From Heteronotia binoei (taxonomy: Eukaryota): a stretch of DNA of 64,000 bases. Positions 23,501 through 37,257 of the stretch are shown in pieces. Positions within the stretch are counted from its first letter, which is position 1. Every line of letters begins with the position of its first letter. The stretch spans positions 54,188,001 through 54,252,000 of the forward strand of contig NC_083225.1 of NCBI RefSeq assembly GCF_032191835.1. Direction: 5' to 3'. Below the pieces are notes generated by a model. It worked only from the letters and a program-made list of their open reading frames with translations, was not told the origin of the DNA and made no database searches. The translations under genes were made by a program, and so were the position numbers.

Positions 23501-24984
23501 TATGAGATTAAATTAAAAATAAATGCCTAATCTAATAAAGCAAATTTAACAGTCTACACAGTGTGTGATGTACATGTTGCACACTTCCTATCAATCATAT
23601 TTTTATCCTGCCCTTTCTCCAAGAAACTCAGGGATCTGCGCTTCTGCCTTTTTTACCCTCACAAGAGTCTCCTGAGATCAGAGAATGGACTGGACCGAAG
23701 TCACTCACAGTGCCCTCTTAGGCAGAGTTATAGCCCTCTGAGCTCATTGGCAGGTATATAATTGTTTTAGGTCCATCTGTTGGGAATAAAAGGAAATATC
23801 TACCTGTGTTAGCCTATTGACACACCAGCGAACTAAATGGGTTCTGCTTGGCCAGTCACGCCCGGAGGAAGCAAAGCTCCCTGCAGAACTACCAGTGCCT
23901 CCATTGGTTGCATGGAGATCTGACCCTACGTGCTAAGCAGAACATGTCACTTTTGGTGCATGTATTGATGATTGCCTACCCCAACCTATGGCATTCGGGA
24001 GTGACACTGTAGACATATCTAAGATGCATTTCAGTGCTGAAAGGGCACTGTAATCTCCATGAGATGAGTGACTCAGGACTTCTTTGTTCGTGAATTGCTG
24101 CAGGTGGCATATAAAACTAGGATAAGATGTTAGATTATAGTTTTAAGGCTTTCGCCTGCCTTGACATGTAAACTTTATAATTTCTGAAATATGCCAATCA
24201 TTACAATTTTATATGCTAACTAATTTATAAAATCATGAATTTTATATTTCTGAAGCAGCAAAGTAAGTCTTGGCTAAATAAGAAAGTAAGTATTGCATTG
24301 CATATATTTCAGTGTTTGCCAACAGCATTTTTCTGGGAAAACACTTTTTTTTCTTCCCACAGCTTCAGGATTTGCAGAAATTTTACATTTCTAGCCTCAT
24401 CATTCTTCAATATATGTCATATGGACAAGGTGAATAAGACTTAAATGCTACCTAACATTACTTATTATTTGCTCAAGCACAGGATAATGTGATGCTAAAA
24501 GAGTGGGCGCATGAAAATGCACTTTGCTTCCCACAGGTTAGTCTGTGTGGTAGATGAGCCTGTATGATTAAATGTGTGAGGCAGCAGTCTGTTCAGTGGA
24601 ATGGAAATGAAAACAAGAACCAGCTTAATCACACTGCATCAAGTTATCAACAGTGAAATACTTTACTGCCTTGCAGTTTATGACTCATCCTGCAGCATTT
24701 CGAGAAAAAGCCTTTTTCTGGTCTCTGATGAAAGGGGCCTTATGTAAAATGTATTGTAGCATTCCTGATCTGAGATAGGAGAGACATATTTCAGACCACC
24801 TGTACCTCTAATCTCGACATTGCAAAACATCCACTGCAATTTTAACTGTTGAAATAGCTTGCTTTGGTTTTAGTCAAAGCTGTCAACATTTTGCTGGTTT
24901 AGGGGCAGCAACACAGAGGAAGTAACATCCAGCATCAGCAAGCAGTGATTGTATCTGGTGGTCTCCTTGAAGCTACGTTTGCCA

Positions 24985-25258
24985 CCAAGTATACATGCAG
25001 TCCAAGCTCTGCTCACGACCTGAGTTCGATCCCAGTAGAAAGTGGGTTCAGGTAGCTGACTCAAGGTTGACTCAGCCTTCCACCCTTCCGAAGTCAGTAA
25101 AATGAGTACTCGGCTTGCTGGGGGGAAAGTGTAGATGACTGGGGAAGACAATGGCAAACCACTCTGTAAAAAAGACTGCCATGAAAACGCTGGGATGCGA
25201 TGTCACTCCAGAGTCAGAAACAACTAATGCTTGCACAGGGGACAACCTTTACCTTTAT
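24985..25258 (+). mobile_element. Sauria SINE
   Basis: B-box gagttcgatcc; aaggttgactcagccttcc; tail acctttaccttt. Confidence 0.88.
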
Positions 25259-26149
25259 ACATTCAGCAGCACATTACAGCTTCTTGAGGAGTGTACCTGT
25301 GTTGTTGTTTTTTATATAGGTGTGTGTGTTGTGTTATATGAAATTTGTAGGTGTAAATCTAAAAATGTAATATGGTACCAGGTGAAGAACTTGGAGTAAA
25401 AACCCATGTGAATATGCCAATACAGTTCTTCTGTAATCCTGCCACTGCTGAAGAAGCAAGTTAATACAGCTGCAAAAAGTGTTTTCTTCTGGTTTGTCAA
25501 ACCCAAAAGATGGCACCTTACCTTGACTCAGCTGATCTAGCTATCTGGATCCATGCCACGGTAATGTTGATAGACTACTGTATTGCACTCTACATGGGTC
25601 TGCTCTAAAAGTCTACTGCAATTGATACATAATGTCACAACATGGTTATTAACAGAAGATAGATGGAGCAGGTACTTTATACCTATTTCCTCTCTCCATC
25701 GGCTATCCATCAGCTGTCAAATTCAGCTCAAGGTATCAGCTATCCCATATGAAGATCTGTATGGCCTCTGTATGTTCTGTGTTTTGCCATGACAATTCAC
25801 TCATTTCCTCAGGGCCTTCTTCGATATTTGTGTAATGGCTGACTTGTGAGAATGACACCTATGCATAGATGAATTGTCCCTCTGTGTGTTCACAAAACAA
25901 TGCCCTCTGTCATAGGGAGGGAGTGTACATGTGAACATATCCTCCGCACATAGGAGCCATCCTCATAAGTCAGTGATTGCTGCACTTGAACCTTCACAAT
26001 CATCTTGTTGTAAATAAGGCAGATCTACATTGTGATGCCTTGTTCTCTGAGTATAATGCAATTCCATTGCAACATATGCCCATTTGTAAAATATAAGTGT
26101 GACCAATAAAGGGGAGAAAAACACAACCTGACTGCACAAGTTTCCTTCT

Positions 26150-27324
26150 TGGAGACTTCATGACATTCTTCAGGCTCTAACCAGTCCTCCATTTGAGCCT
26201 CAGAGGAAGGTTTCCCTGAAGTTCCTTATCCTGAAGGTACTTTTCCTGGTAGCTGTTATATCAGCAAGACATGTATCCGAGATAGGTGCTGTTTCCATCT
26301 GAATGAACTTATGCATCTTCTGTGAGGACGTGGCGGTTTTGCACATAGATCCCGTCTTCATTCCAAAGATCAACACAACTTTTCACAGCTCACAAGAGAT
26401 ATATTTGCCATCCTGCCAGAAGCCATTTTATCCTAGAGAGAAGAATTGGACCTCGCTTGACCTTTGCAGAGTTCTTCGCATTTATATAAAAAGGACCAAG
26501 TGATTTAGGAAATTGGATTCCCCTTTTGTGAATTTTCATACAGCAGGCAAGAGAAAAAGGGCTCCTAAAGCTGCACTAAGCAGATGGCTAAAGGAGTGCC
26601 TTCTTTGGCATATGAATCTCAGGGTCTTCAAGTCCCAGAAGGGATCACAGCTCACTCAACAAGAAGTACTTCTGTGTCAGCAGCGTTTGACACAAATGCA
26701 TCTATTGCAGATATCTGCAAGGCCACTACCTGGGCCTTGGTGTCAGCATTTCTTAGGCACTACAAGATGGACTCTGTTGCCATGGCTAATGCAGCATTTG
26801 GACAGAGAATCCTATAGATAGTGGTCTAGTCCTACTGTTATCTCTATGCTTGGCAGTCCATTTTCCCTCCCTGGATCAGATGAGCTCTGTAACACCCCAA
26901 GTGTATCAGAGTGTTCTCCTCCCCTCTAGAGAAAATGCAACTTGCTATGAAGGTCCCTTCTTCTCAAGGGCAGGGAGTACACTCCAGATCCACCCTATTT
27001 GGAGAGTCTCTGTTCAGCCTATTAAGCTTCCTTAAAGGGGAACTGACTGCCAATCTCTATGTTCATTGTTCTTTCACTGTTCTAATAGTTTATCTTTACC
27101 TTTATGGTTTGTTTCATAGGGTTGCCTGTTGTCTGTTTGTTTGTTCGGCATGCATTGTGGACTGTTATCAGCTGTGGAAGTCTCCAGACTGAAGGTGGAC
27201 TCCTCTTCCCCCTGGAGATGGAAAGTGTCCTGTCTCCAGGGATTGTGGGAAGAGGAGGCCAAGTGTATCAAAGTGTCCTCCTCACCCTTGAGAAGAAGAA
27301 ACTTTCACAGTTAAGTCCACTGTT
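26150..27324 (+). mobile_element. 5'-truncated DIRS relic (YR C-terminal part, ICR, right ITR)
   Basis: ALTSPPFEP, SARHVSE, ITAHSTRS, FLRHY, AFGQRIL. ICR 26897-26983 is complementary or direct to 27259-27320. Confidence 0.88.
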
Positions 27325-30300
27325 CCATACTAGGTGAAGAGCTCCCTGAAATTAAGCATAAAGGAATTCTAAGCATAACTTTCTAAACCTATGACTTCAG
27401 TGACTCTAGAACTCTACTTAATTGTGCTGTTAGATTGTGAACTTTTATGATGCTTAAGGAAGATACTGGAATAGTCTACTCCCTCTGATTTCTCATAATG
27501 TAAAAGTGGCCTGCCAAATGATGTTTCCTTTACATTTTTTAACTCTATAATTATGAGTAAGGTGGGGTAGTGGAAAGAAGGAAAACATTGTTGGGAAAGA
27601 AGGCAGAGATAGTGAGTGCTTGATGGGGGACATTTCTAGATGCCACAGTTTGAAGTAGATCAAAAATTGGTGTCACAAAAGGCAAAGCATTCCAGTATAT
27701 AAAGACTTTTCTTGCCAAGCCACAAAAGAAGAATGTGTTTTGAAGGGGCTGGATGTGCAATAAGACGATGCCAGTCCCCTGGGATATTCCTAGTTTTGCA
27801 AGAGGCATGATTCACAGAAGTTGTTTGAACAGGTAAATGTACCAGGATTGCCTGATAGTACTAGTGAAATTGCTGATTGTTTTTTAAAAGCCTTTTCCCT
27901 CACCTAAATTGCTATAAATAGACCTCCTGCTAGCTATTGAATTCCTAGACAGCTTTGTGAACTCTGGACTTGCCATTGTGTCTCACAGCAAACACTTGTG
28001 TTGCTGGAATGGCAAATAACTCTCTTCTCTTCTTCCCCTAGTTTTCGTTAAGTGTCCTCAGTATGTGAGGACAGTATGTCCTCAGTATGTGAACTGCTGT
28101 ACCCTAACCATTTTTTTTAATTTCAAGTCACAGCCGACGTATGGTGACCTCATAGGGTTTTTAAGGCAAGAGACATACAGGCTTGCTATTGCCTGCCTCT
28201 GCTTGGGCTCTCCAGGTCAGGGGCAGTCTTACCATAAGCAGAATAAAATATAACAACTGAAAAAGGCTAATGTTGGTTATTGGTTGGTATTTTGTTTTCT
28301 GTGGGTTTGTTTTCCTTAGTATGAATATGCCTGCCTATTTTGCTCAGTTTGGGAAGGTAGACTAAAATTGCTTGGGCAGTAGTACTGGTGGAAAGAATTG
28401 CTATTTGGTACCCACCAAGTCTTTTTAAAAGGTTGTTTGCATTTGAGTGTTGTTACTCTGTGTGGCTTCCTCATAGTGACAAGCTAAAAAAAACCCTGCA
28501 CTGTACATCCGGTGGTATAGTTGGCCAATGTAATATCTGGCGCTCGCACAATAAGAAAGAAAAGTAGTTGCTGAAGTATTTGGGGAAGTGCAAAGAAACA
28601 CTGAAAAATCAGTAGCGTCTGCGAGGAAGAGCAGAGGTGAGCTGTTGAAGCATCATGGTTAGAGAGTGAAGTGGAAAACCCTTGAAACAAATCTCTCCTT
28701 GTCCCAAACTCACTAGGTGGCTATTGTTTATTGCCTCCTTCTGCAGGGTTGGAGTAATAATAGCAGCTGAGGAAATGAGGATCCTATAACCATTGCTTAT
28801 ACCATTTCTGTAAAGCTTTTTGAGAGTGCTGTATAAGTGTGATGCATTTCTTAGAAAGTTGTAATAAGGGCTATTGAGCTGTATTGTTGGTCCATTTTTG
28901 ATGGAGAAACTGATTTTTTTTAAAAAAAAAAAGTTTAAAGGGTAAGATATTCTGTCATGCCAATCAGCGTATGTGTGTGCTTGTGAGGGCTTCAGCTTTT
29001 GGAAGGCTTAGTCCCTCTCAGCGAGTTAGTGGCCTCTTTTTGCATAACCCTCTGCTCTTTTGCAGTAATCTGCCTGTTTCCTCTACGTCACATATAGTTG
29101 AATGAATTCTTTATTACAGCTATTTGATCATTAGTACAGCTTCAGAAACAAATGCTGTGGCCAGTTGGAATAGAGCATTTCAATCCATTTGTTGATTGCC
29201 TTTTGGAAGAGTCTTAAGGTTAAATGCTTAACATATCCAACATGTCCCAGAAATAATAGTTTGCATGGTCATTACTGTTGACCTTTTTGCTCTTTTTTTA
29301 CTGTACTCCTTTTTGCTCTTTTTGTACTCATGTGAAAATATGGTTTAGCCAATTTTACTTCTCGTTTTCATGGTTAATATGAATTTATATTTGGAGTTCA
29401 GATTTTGGTGGCAACTTTAAATACTACAGTAAAGAAAGAGCTTGACATAAATGTTTTGAATTCATTATTAACCGTGATATCTGCATTAAATGTAATGATC
29501 AGAATTGATAATTACAATTAAACACTCAATTTTCATTCAGGACCATTCATCACCCATCTGGCAAGATTCTAGAAATTTCAAGGAGACACTGTATAATATC
29601 GATGTCTCAGTTTATTTTTACTAGGAAGAGAAATTTCAGAGTTTTGTTCCATAAGTCTATGTTGACTGACAGAGATTAGTCAATACCTTATTATGTGTTA
29701 TGTAAGTATTTGTTATGTGAAATCTGATAATTCCCTCTTCAGAGATTGCTGTTGAAGAGAGACTTCTGCGTTGACCCAGAACTGGCAATTTTGAGGGCCC
29801 TTTCATGAACATAGTGTTGGGAAATACTGATATTGTACATGTATTCTTTAAAATATAGAACTTGAGACAGAGTGACATCATCTGTTTTAGAGTTGCCAGG
29901 TACTCCCTGGCCAGGGGCAGGAAATGTGTGTGAGTGTGGGTAGGGCTGTCAGATCCAGGTTGGGAAACTCCTGGAGATTTGGGGATGGACCTCCGGGAGG
30001 TCTGGACCCTCAGTGGGGTACAGTGCCACAGAATCCATTTTCTCCAAGGGAATTGATCTCTGTAGCCTGGAGATAAGCTGTAATTCTGATGGATCCCCAT
30101 GCCCTACATGCAGGATGGCATCCATGTGTTCTATATGCACTCCATTGTCTCTTTAGCATCTCAGTTCTTTCCTCTCCCAATGATATGTGTATGAAATGAT
30201 GATGAAAACGTGTGTTAGAGGAAATGAAAATAAAATAGCCTGCATACAGAACCCAATGGACACTGTCATTCTCTCTTTCTGTTTCGGAACTGGACCAGTG

Positions 30301-31107
30301 CCTTGCAGTCAGAGGCTTGGATCCACCATAGTGTGACTTCCTCAATGGTGTGTGATTTCCTTGGCTCCCTCCCCTTTTGCTTCAGCCCAAAATGCTCCCC
30401 TAAAGATTGCTTCTGTGGGATTGGGGAACACCACAGAGTGGCATTTTTAAGCTGCAGCAAGAAATGGAGGCGAATAAGTCACATTCCAGAGGCAGAAATC
30501 CTTCTGGCCGTAGAAATGCTCCAGTGGATCCAGCACAGAGAGCTAACTTCTCCAACCATCCTTCATTATGATCTGTGTCTAATGTTAATAGTTTGGCATG
30601 TCAGAATGTTTGTTGTCACATGCTTAAATCAGTTGAAATTTGAAGTTTCTTATTTTTTTAAATCTCTTTTTTTATCTGTGCAACATTTTTTCTATTGTGT
30701 TCCTTGTTTTTACAAGCAAAAGAAGGCTAAATAAAGAACCGTATCTAAAGACTGTGTTTAAAATATCACTTGGGAGATGGAAGCACTTATATAATTTGAC
30801 CCTCTTTCCTTGATAACCTATATATAAATATTGTTCTCTCGGCAATGGAATGATGTCCCATATTTTATGGATTAAGGATCACTGGCATACTTTGACCTCA
30901 CAAGCTTGTCTTACCCTAGCCTAGAGATTAGGTAAGTTTCTAACACATATGTGCTTATTTTAGTAGAGCTGTTTTGTCACCTGATAGAAATGATTTGCCA
31001 TTTTTATGGAGCAACATTTTTAATGTTGGCTTTGAAATTAAATATATATATATATATAATCTGAGTAGCAGGCCTATGTCAAGGAATCTGTGAATTATTT
31101 CCAGTAA

Positions 31108-32738
31108 AATGACCATTGGTACTTACTGTGAAGGGTCATTCTTCTCTGAGTACAGGAGGACATCTTGGGTGCTTTCCACCATCTTGTCGGGGAGGCAGGA
31201 AATAAAATAATTCCTCTTCCTCTTCCATGACACTGGAGCACCCAGATCTCCTCAGTTGGGATATTCCGAGAAGCAGTTTCTAGATTATCAACCTTACTCA
31301 GAAGAATTAAACAGTAATAACAACAAGTTAAGATGCAACAAGCATAACAGAAAGAACTGTAAAGCAACAAGAAAAAAATGAAATAGATATAGATATGGCA
31401 GAACAGACCCTAGTATGAGTGGTGCAGCGTGGTGGGCAAGATGTCCTCCTGTACTCAGAGGAGAATGACCCCTCACGGTAAGTACCAATGGTCGTTCTCC
31501 CTCTGAGTCGGAGGCCATCTTGGGTTCTCTTATAGCAGTAGATTAATGACTGGGTGGGGCATCGCTCTCTTCTAGAAACACATGTTGTAACACTTTTCTA
31601 CCAAATGCTGCTTCTGCTGAACTGTAAGTGTTTAATTCGTAGTGTTGAACAAATGTTGAAATAGAAGACCATATTGCAGCTCTGCACACTTCATCTACTG
31701 AAGCATATTTGTTAAAGGCTGCATTAGTTGCCGCACTTCTGCCTGAATGTGCTGTAATCCCTCTGGGTGCTTCTAATTTCATTGCTCTATATGCTTCCGT
31801 GATGCATTGCTTAATAGCATAGCTGATGGCTGATGTTGACATCTTCTGGCCCAATCTTGGTTGTGTAACATTGATAAACATGGCATCCCTCTTCCGAATT
31901 GGTTCAGCCCTGACTAAATATGTCTTCAGACAACGTCCAACATCTAAGTTGTGCCACATTCGCTCCCTGGGATGTTTAGGATCTGGGCAGAATGATGGCA
32001 AATGCAGTTCCTGGGATTTGTGAAATTTAGATACAATCTTGGGTTGAAAGGTAGGATCTATAGGAAGGACCACTTTGTCTTTGTGAAAAATACAGAGTTC
32101 TTTCTTTACAGACAATGCATTAATCTCTGAAACACTTCTCGTTGATGTGATTGCTATCAGGAAAATGGTCTTCAAATGTAGCCATCTTAGAGAAATGTCC
32201 TGTATAGGCTCAAAGGGTGATTTTGTGAGTGCAGACAAAACAGTGGAAATCTGTGAGTCTGTGGAGGGCACTTGAGTGTGGCCCCCCCTTAAAAATCTCT
32301 GTACGTGTGTGTGCCTGGAGACATCTTTTCCCTGGAGACATCTTTTCCCTGTATCAGTCCCAATACAGATGATAATGCTGCCACTTGTCTACATAAAGTG
32401 ACTGGTTTCAGACCAGATTGTAGTCCATCTTGTAAGAATTCAAGATGTATTGAATTGATGGGTTTAGTGGATCCCTTGCTTTTCAGTATTATAGTTATAG
32501 AGGAGTAAGGCTGAAAGTGAGGAATTAGGTAAGAAATAGAAAAATAAGACTAAATTGCTTCCTATCTGTTAGGAGCTAAGCTAATTAGTTGCTCTCCCTT
32601 TAGAGGCAGGAGATCTGGGTGCTCCAGGGTCATGGAAGAGGAAGAAGAATTATTCTATTTCCTGCCTCCCTGACAAGATGGTGGAAAGTACCTGACAAGA
32701 TGGTGGAAAGCACCCAAGATCCGACTCAAAGGGAGAAT
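31108..32738 (-). mobile_element. Internally deleted mini-DIRS (ITRs + ICR + YR only)
   Basis: ATT termini on the minus strand. 32608-32716 is the reverse complement of 31166-31251. ICR 31438-31527 reads as the joined element ends. YR spans ~32480 to 31543. Confidence 0.92.
31543..32271 (-). pseudogene. DIRS YR catalytic domain ORF (242 aa); catalytic Arg replaced by Ser
   Basis: ALTKSPFEPI, AITSTRSVSE, LDVGRCL, AHSGRS, AAIWSS, FVQHY, AFGRKVL. The upstream frameshifted piece reads DPLNPSIQYILEFLQDGLQSGLKPVTLCRQVAALS. Confidence 0.9.
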
Positions 32739-34096
32739 GGCATTGATAACTTTAAGTGATTATACTGCCTAAAGGTGGTTAATGTGGTAAGCGGAGTAAA
32801 CCTCTAATTGTAGGGGGGTTAACTATGAAGCCCCTCATATTTATTTTGAATTGGATGCACTGTCCTCACTGATCCTCACATTAAAAAAGTATACCCTTCC
32901 ATTTGAGTAAGGGAAAGGACAATGTGAGAGGAAGATCTCCTGGTATAACGTCTGTGGTGCCATGCCTGTAGATTAGCACTTCTAAACATGCAAAGCTGTG
33001 TATTTTGGCTGCTGAGGAGCGTGAGGTTCATAGTTTCTCCTGCATCCTGACCTGAATTAGATAATGCATAAACTACATTTTGTGCTCCTAAACAATCTCT
33101 TGCTGCATTCTTCTGTAGTGTTACTACAGCTTCAGAGAGAACTAAATTATGTGAGGCTATGCATTAACATGTTTGCTTTCAGCATCACATAAATCAAATC
33201 CTTGGAGAAATACCTGACTTAAATGTCAAGATGTACTAAAGTCAAGCCAAGAACCTGAAAGTTGCCAGCTTAATTCCTCATCCCTAGACTTCTGCTCCTG
33301 ATGCTCATGTGAATGGTCTAGTTGAAGTTGAATGTGCTATTGAAGTCATCTCTAGTTCTTTCTTGCCTGAGGAATGGATCCTCACTACTATTAGCAATGT
33401 AAATTTTGCCTTTTAAAGCAACCATTTAAACTGTCAAACATTCTATCATTTAAATATTAACAAACTCACAATCTGTCTAGCCTACATAAATAATCTTATG
33501 TATTACCAGCTCTGCTACTGAACTGGTGGGAGAAACAGAAAATCAACAAGCACTCAAGGAAGCCCAGTGGAAATCTGTAGACTTCTCTGTAGAGTAGATG
33601 TTTATTTTTACATTACAAACACTAGCCAGATATGAAGCGTCAGCCTGAGAATGTAACATAAGTTTTCACGCACACATTAAACTTTGACTTGAATTTGTTT
33701 ATTGGCGTCACTCTTAGCCAGTTCAGTCCTATGCAGCTACTTGGGAAAAAGCTGATAGAAATCAGTAGCACTGATTTCTGTGGAAATATGTCTTCCATTT
33801 CTGGGGTGGGAACCAGAAGAAAGCCCACAGGAACCCTCTTGCAAAGCAGTAGTTCAGAGCAACAGTTAAGGAGTGAGGAACAGTTGGAGCCATTCCTGCA
33901 ACCAAGTACCAGGAGCACCAGGCATCCAGAATCTAGATTCTGTCCTTGCCTCTCTCCACATTTGCTGAGAAAGAGAAAGGAGGGAGCTGTTGCAGTCATT
34001 CTGAAGAAGTGTACATGTTCTTCCTTGTTCCCACAAAGAAAGGAGAATCTAGCTGGAGATGACCAATATGCTCAGCAGGTTGTTTAAATGATCTGG

Positions 34097-34310
34097 CTTG
34101 GATAGCCCAGGCTATCCTTATCTCATCTTCTCTTGGAAGCTAAACAGGATCAGCCCTGGCCAGTATTTGGATGGGAGACAATCAAGGAATACCAGGTTCA
34201 TGACCAAGAGGCAGGCAGTGGCAAAACCACTTCTGAACAACTCTTGCCTTGAAAACCCTACAGGGTCACCAGAAGTTGGCTGCAATTTGATGGCTAAGAA
34301 AAAATAATTT
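34097..34310 (+). mobile_element. 5S rRNA-derived SINE with BovB-type tail (5S-Sauria-like)
   Basis: gaagctaaacagg...cagtatttggatgggagac (5S head) followed by ggcagtggcaaaaccacttctgaac. Confidence 0.8.
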
Positions 34311-34857
34311 TTTAAAATGTTCACAGCAATATACAAATGGTAAATGATTCTTTATAATCCTGTTTAAATATTTACTATTTTACATTGTTAACTCTTCCCT
34401 CTTGCTTAAGACATTTACCCTACCCAACTCTGGGTGCATTCACACTAAACTAGATAATGCGTTTTGCAACTGGATTTTTACTGTGTAAGAATAACAAAAA
34501 TCAAGTTGCAGAATGCAGTATTTAGTGTAGTGTGAACACATCCCCTGGCTGTTCTTTGATAGTAGAGAACAAAGCTATGTATTTTCTTATATGGTGCTAT
34601 TATTCTCTACAGACTTTCTGCTTTTAACTCTTATTGTTTTTCAACCCATTCCCCAGCCCTGTTCTGCCTTTCTAGCTTTAGATTCTTGTTCCAATCTATT
34701 AATTACATTTTCCCCATATTTCCTTGAAGGTGCTCCTTGTAACATGTGAAACTTGCATCCTCCCTTGATCTTCACACAACCTTGTGAGTTGGGATCAGCT
34801 GAGAGAAAGTGACTGCTTCAGGGTCACTTGATGAGCAGGGAATTGACACCGTCACTT

Positions 34858-35010
34858 ATAATAATAATAATAATAATAATAATTTTTATTTCTATCCCGC
34901 CCTCCCCGCCGAAGCAGGCTCAGGGCGGCTCACAACATAAAATACACATTACATCCATTATACTTATAAAAACATAGTTAAAACAGTTATAAATTATTAA
35001 AATTAACATG
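34858..35010 (-). mobile_element. L2 3' end with (AAT)n tail
   Basis: (aat)7 followed by tttatttctatcccgccctcccc...gctcagggcggctcaca. Confidence 0.75.
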
Positions 35011-36167
35011 ACAATATGGCGTTATAAACATTAGATAGACTTACTCCATCTACTGCACCAAAGTGACCGTCATCCATCTGAAAATGAACGCTGGGTTAAT
35101 TTTTTAAAAAATTAATCATGGCCTCACCCCTTGTCTTTCATTCATGACTAGCTATTTCACTTCCTGCTAAGATCAGATCTCACCATGTTTTCCCACACCC
35201 AGGAATGATATCTCAGTCATATTTAATATATTTATGGGAAATGAGCAGCATTTTGCAGTTGCTATCCAAATGCAGTTTTACAATTGCATACTCAAGATCA
35301 GCCTAAAATCTCAAAGCTGGAAGGAAATGGTGGTAGATAATTTGTTCTAGCAAATACGTGAAGTAAAACTGTGCAGATAAGAATTTGGAAAAAGTCAAAA
35401 AGCTGACAATATTGGCTGCTTTTACCCCCAAAGCCCACTCTCCCCAACTTCTGGATTTCCTACCCACAAGTGTAGTGAATTTTATTTCTGTCAGATGTGT
35501 TAATCACTAATTAAAATTAACAAAAGGTCTTGCAAAAAATTTGTTGTTGCATAAACTTCCATGAGCCTAAGCCCACTTTATAAGATATCTATGAAATATC
35601 CAGGTGACAGAAATACATGCACTTGACAAAGTGGGCTCTAGCTGACATAAGTGTATGCAACAATAAATTTCTTAGTCTGTTGCATACTAATACAGCAAAA
35701 AGTCTGGTGGCATTACAGACTTAACACAGCTACCTTTCTGGTATTCGTGACTGAAATATCATGCTTTTCATCAACAGAGAATATAGTTCTTTGTACTTCT
35801 TTTATGTAAAGATAAGTGATTTCTGTAAAAAAAAAAAGAAGAAGAAATATATATAGGCTTAAAAATACTCCCAAGTGTTGGATGTGTAGCACATGTTGAA
35901 ACTGGATGATGTGACCTTAGGAGGGAACTGATCATCCCACTCCTGTTCCAAAGCAATTGTATATCAAATTTGCTTGTCTCTGAAATTTGCTCTTGGAGTT
36001 AGTGCAGTTAGTGCACTTTCAAGGGGAAAATATCATAGAGTGGGAGTTAGTTACCTAGAGACTGTCATCAGCTCCCCTTTTTGTTTTAAGAAAATTCCTC
36101 TGATAAGGTGATGTGAACTATCTAGGCTCCTTTGTTGATGAAGTCTACTACAGAACTCCCCCCCCCA

Positions 36168-36168
36168 A

Positions 36169-36207
<39 letters not shown>

Positions 36208-36208
36208 A
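36168..36208. repeat. (AAAT)n microsatellite
   Basis: About 10 units. Confidence 0.95.
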
Positions 36209-37257
36209 AGTAGTGCTAACTGGAAGCATGGAAGTATAGCCATCTCTCCTCCGTTACCCTCATTCTTGCAGTCTTTCCTCTCCATGTGGCTGTCCTTTGT
36301 CCTGTTGTATTGTATAATGCTGCCTTCCTTTTCAGTGGCTGCCTCTTTCTATTGGGCATACCAGTATGACCATACCCACTAGCACTTGGGAAGACTATGC
36401 ATTCTGTTTGTGGAATCCAAAATAGAATCTGTTGGCTTGAGTAGACTTAGAGCAGTGTGCTTAGAATTGTGCTGTAATTAACACAAGAGTGGACTGTACA
36501 GAGTCAGTCTTGAGAATGGCTGTAGAATGAACATTATTCCTAGATGTGTTTTCTCAAATTAGAACAGCAAAGAAGCTTGTGGTACATACAGCTTAACCAC
36601 AAGCAAAAGGTTTCTGCAACTCTTACTTGGTTTCATTATTGATCAGTAACCTGCAGTCCTTTGCCTTCTGAAAGGCATAAGTAAGAGAGAAGATATACAG
36701 TTTATCAAAATGGAATAGGGGTCCTGTTGAAGTACTAGCTGCTTCACAGCCTCATAATCTTTCTGACTGAGGTTGTCAGAGGTGATTTCACATGTGTGTT
36801 AGAGAACTCTAGCCATGGTTATGTAGAGAAACCAGGAGTAAGTTCACAAGTGTTTCTCAAATTCTGGTTTTTCTCAACGACTGCCAGTTCCATTTCCTTC
36901 TTTCTCAGTTTAGGAGGGCATTGCCCAAGAACAGGCCAGGATTAAACCAGAATGTCTGGTTTCAGATATTATGAAAATGATGGTTAATTTTAAATGTGAT
37001 TTATCAACTTCATATTCTGGACTCTTGGACCCTACTGAATCATAGTTAGTAGGGTGGTCTGCGTTCAGACAGTCACACTCACCATAGTATCTTGATTGTG
37101 GCACAAAAGTTATGGTACTTTGTCCTCAGGGGTATACATCTGTTCTCGTCTATTACAGTTTCTGCCAGTGGGTGAACACTTTTGTTTGTTTGCTTTCTGA
37201 TCTGTGTTTTGATAGTTGGGTCTGTTTTTCATGTATGTCTTTTGCTCTTGGTTGTAA

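Noticed and set aside
32315-32349. Short tandem duplications (also ~32671-32713, ~28053-28092, ~57660-57691, ~63970-63996)
   Set aside because: Ordinary slippage or repair duplications of 13-21 bp with no shared motif.
31108-32738. CRISPR-like or prokaryotic integrase system
   Set aside because: The repeats are DIRS ITR/ICR copies and the YR is DIRS-type; there are no spacer arrays or prokaryotic features in the window.
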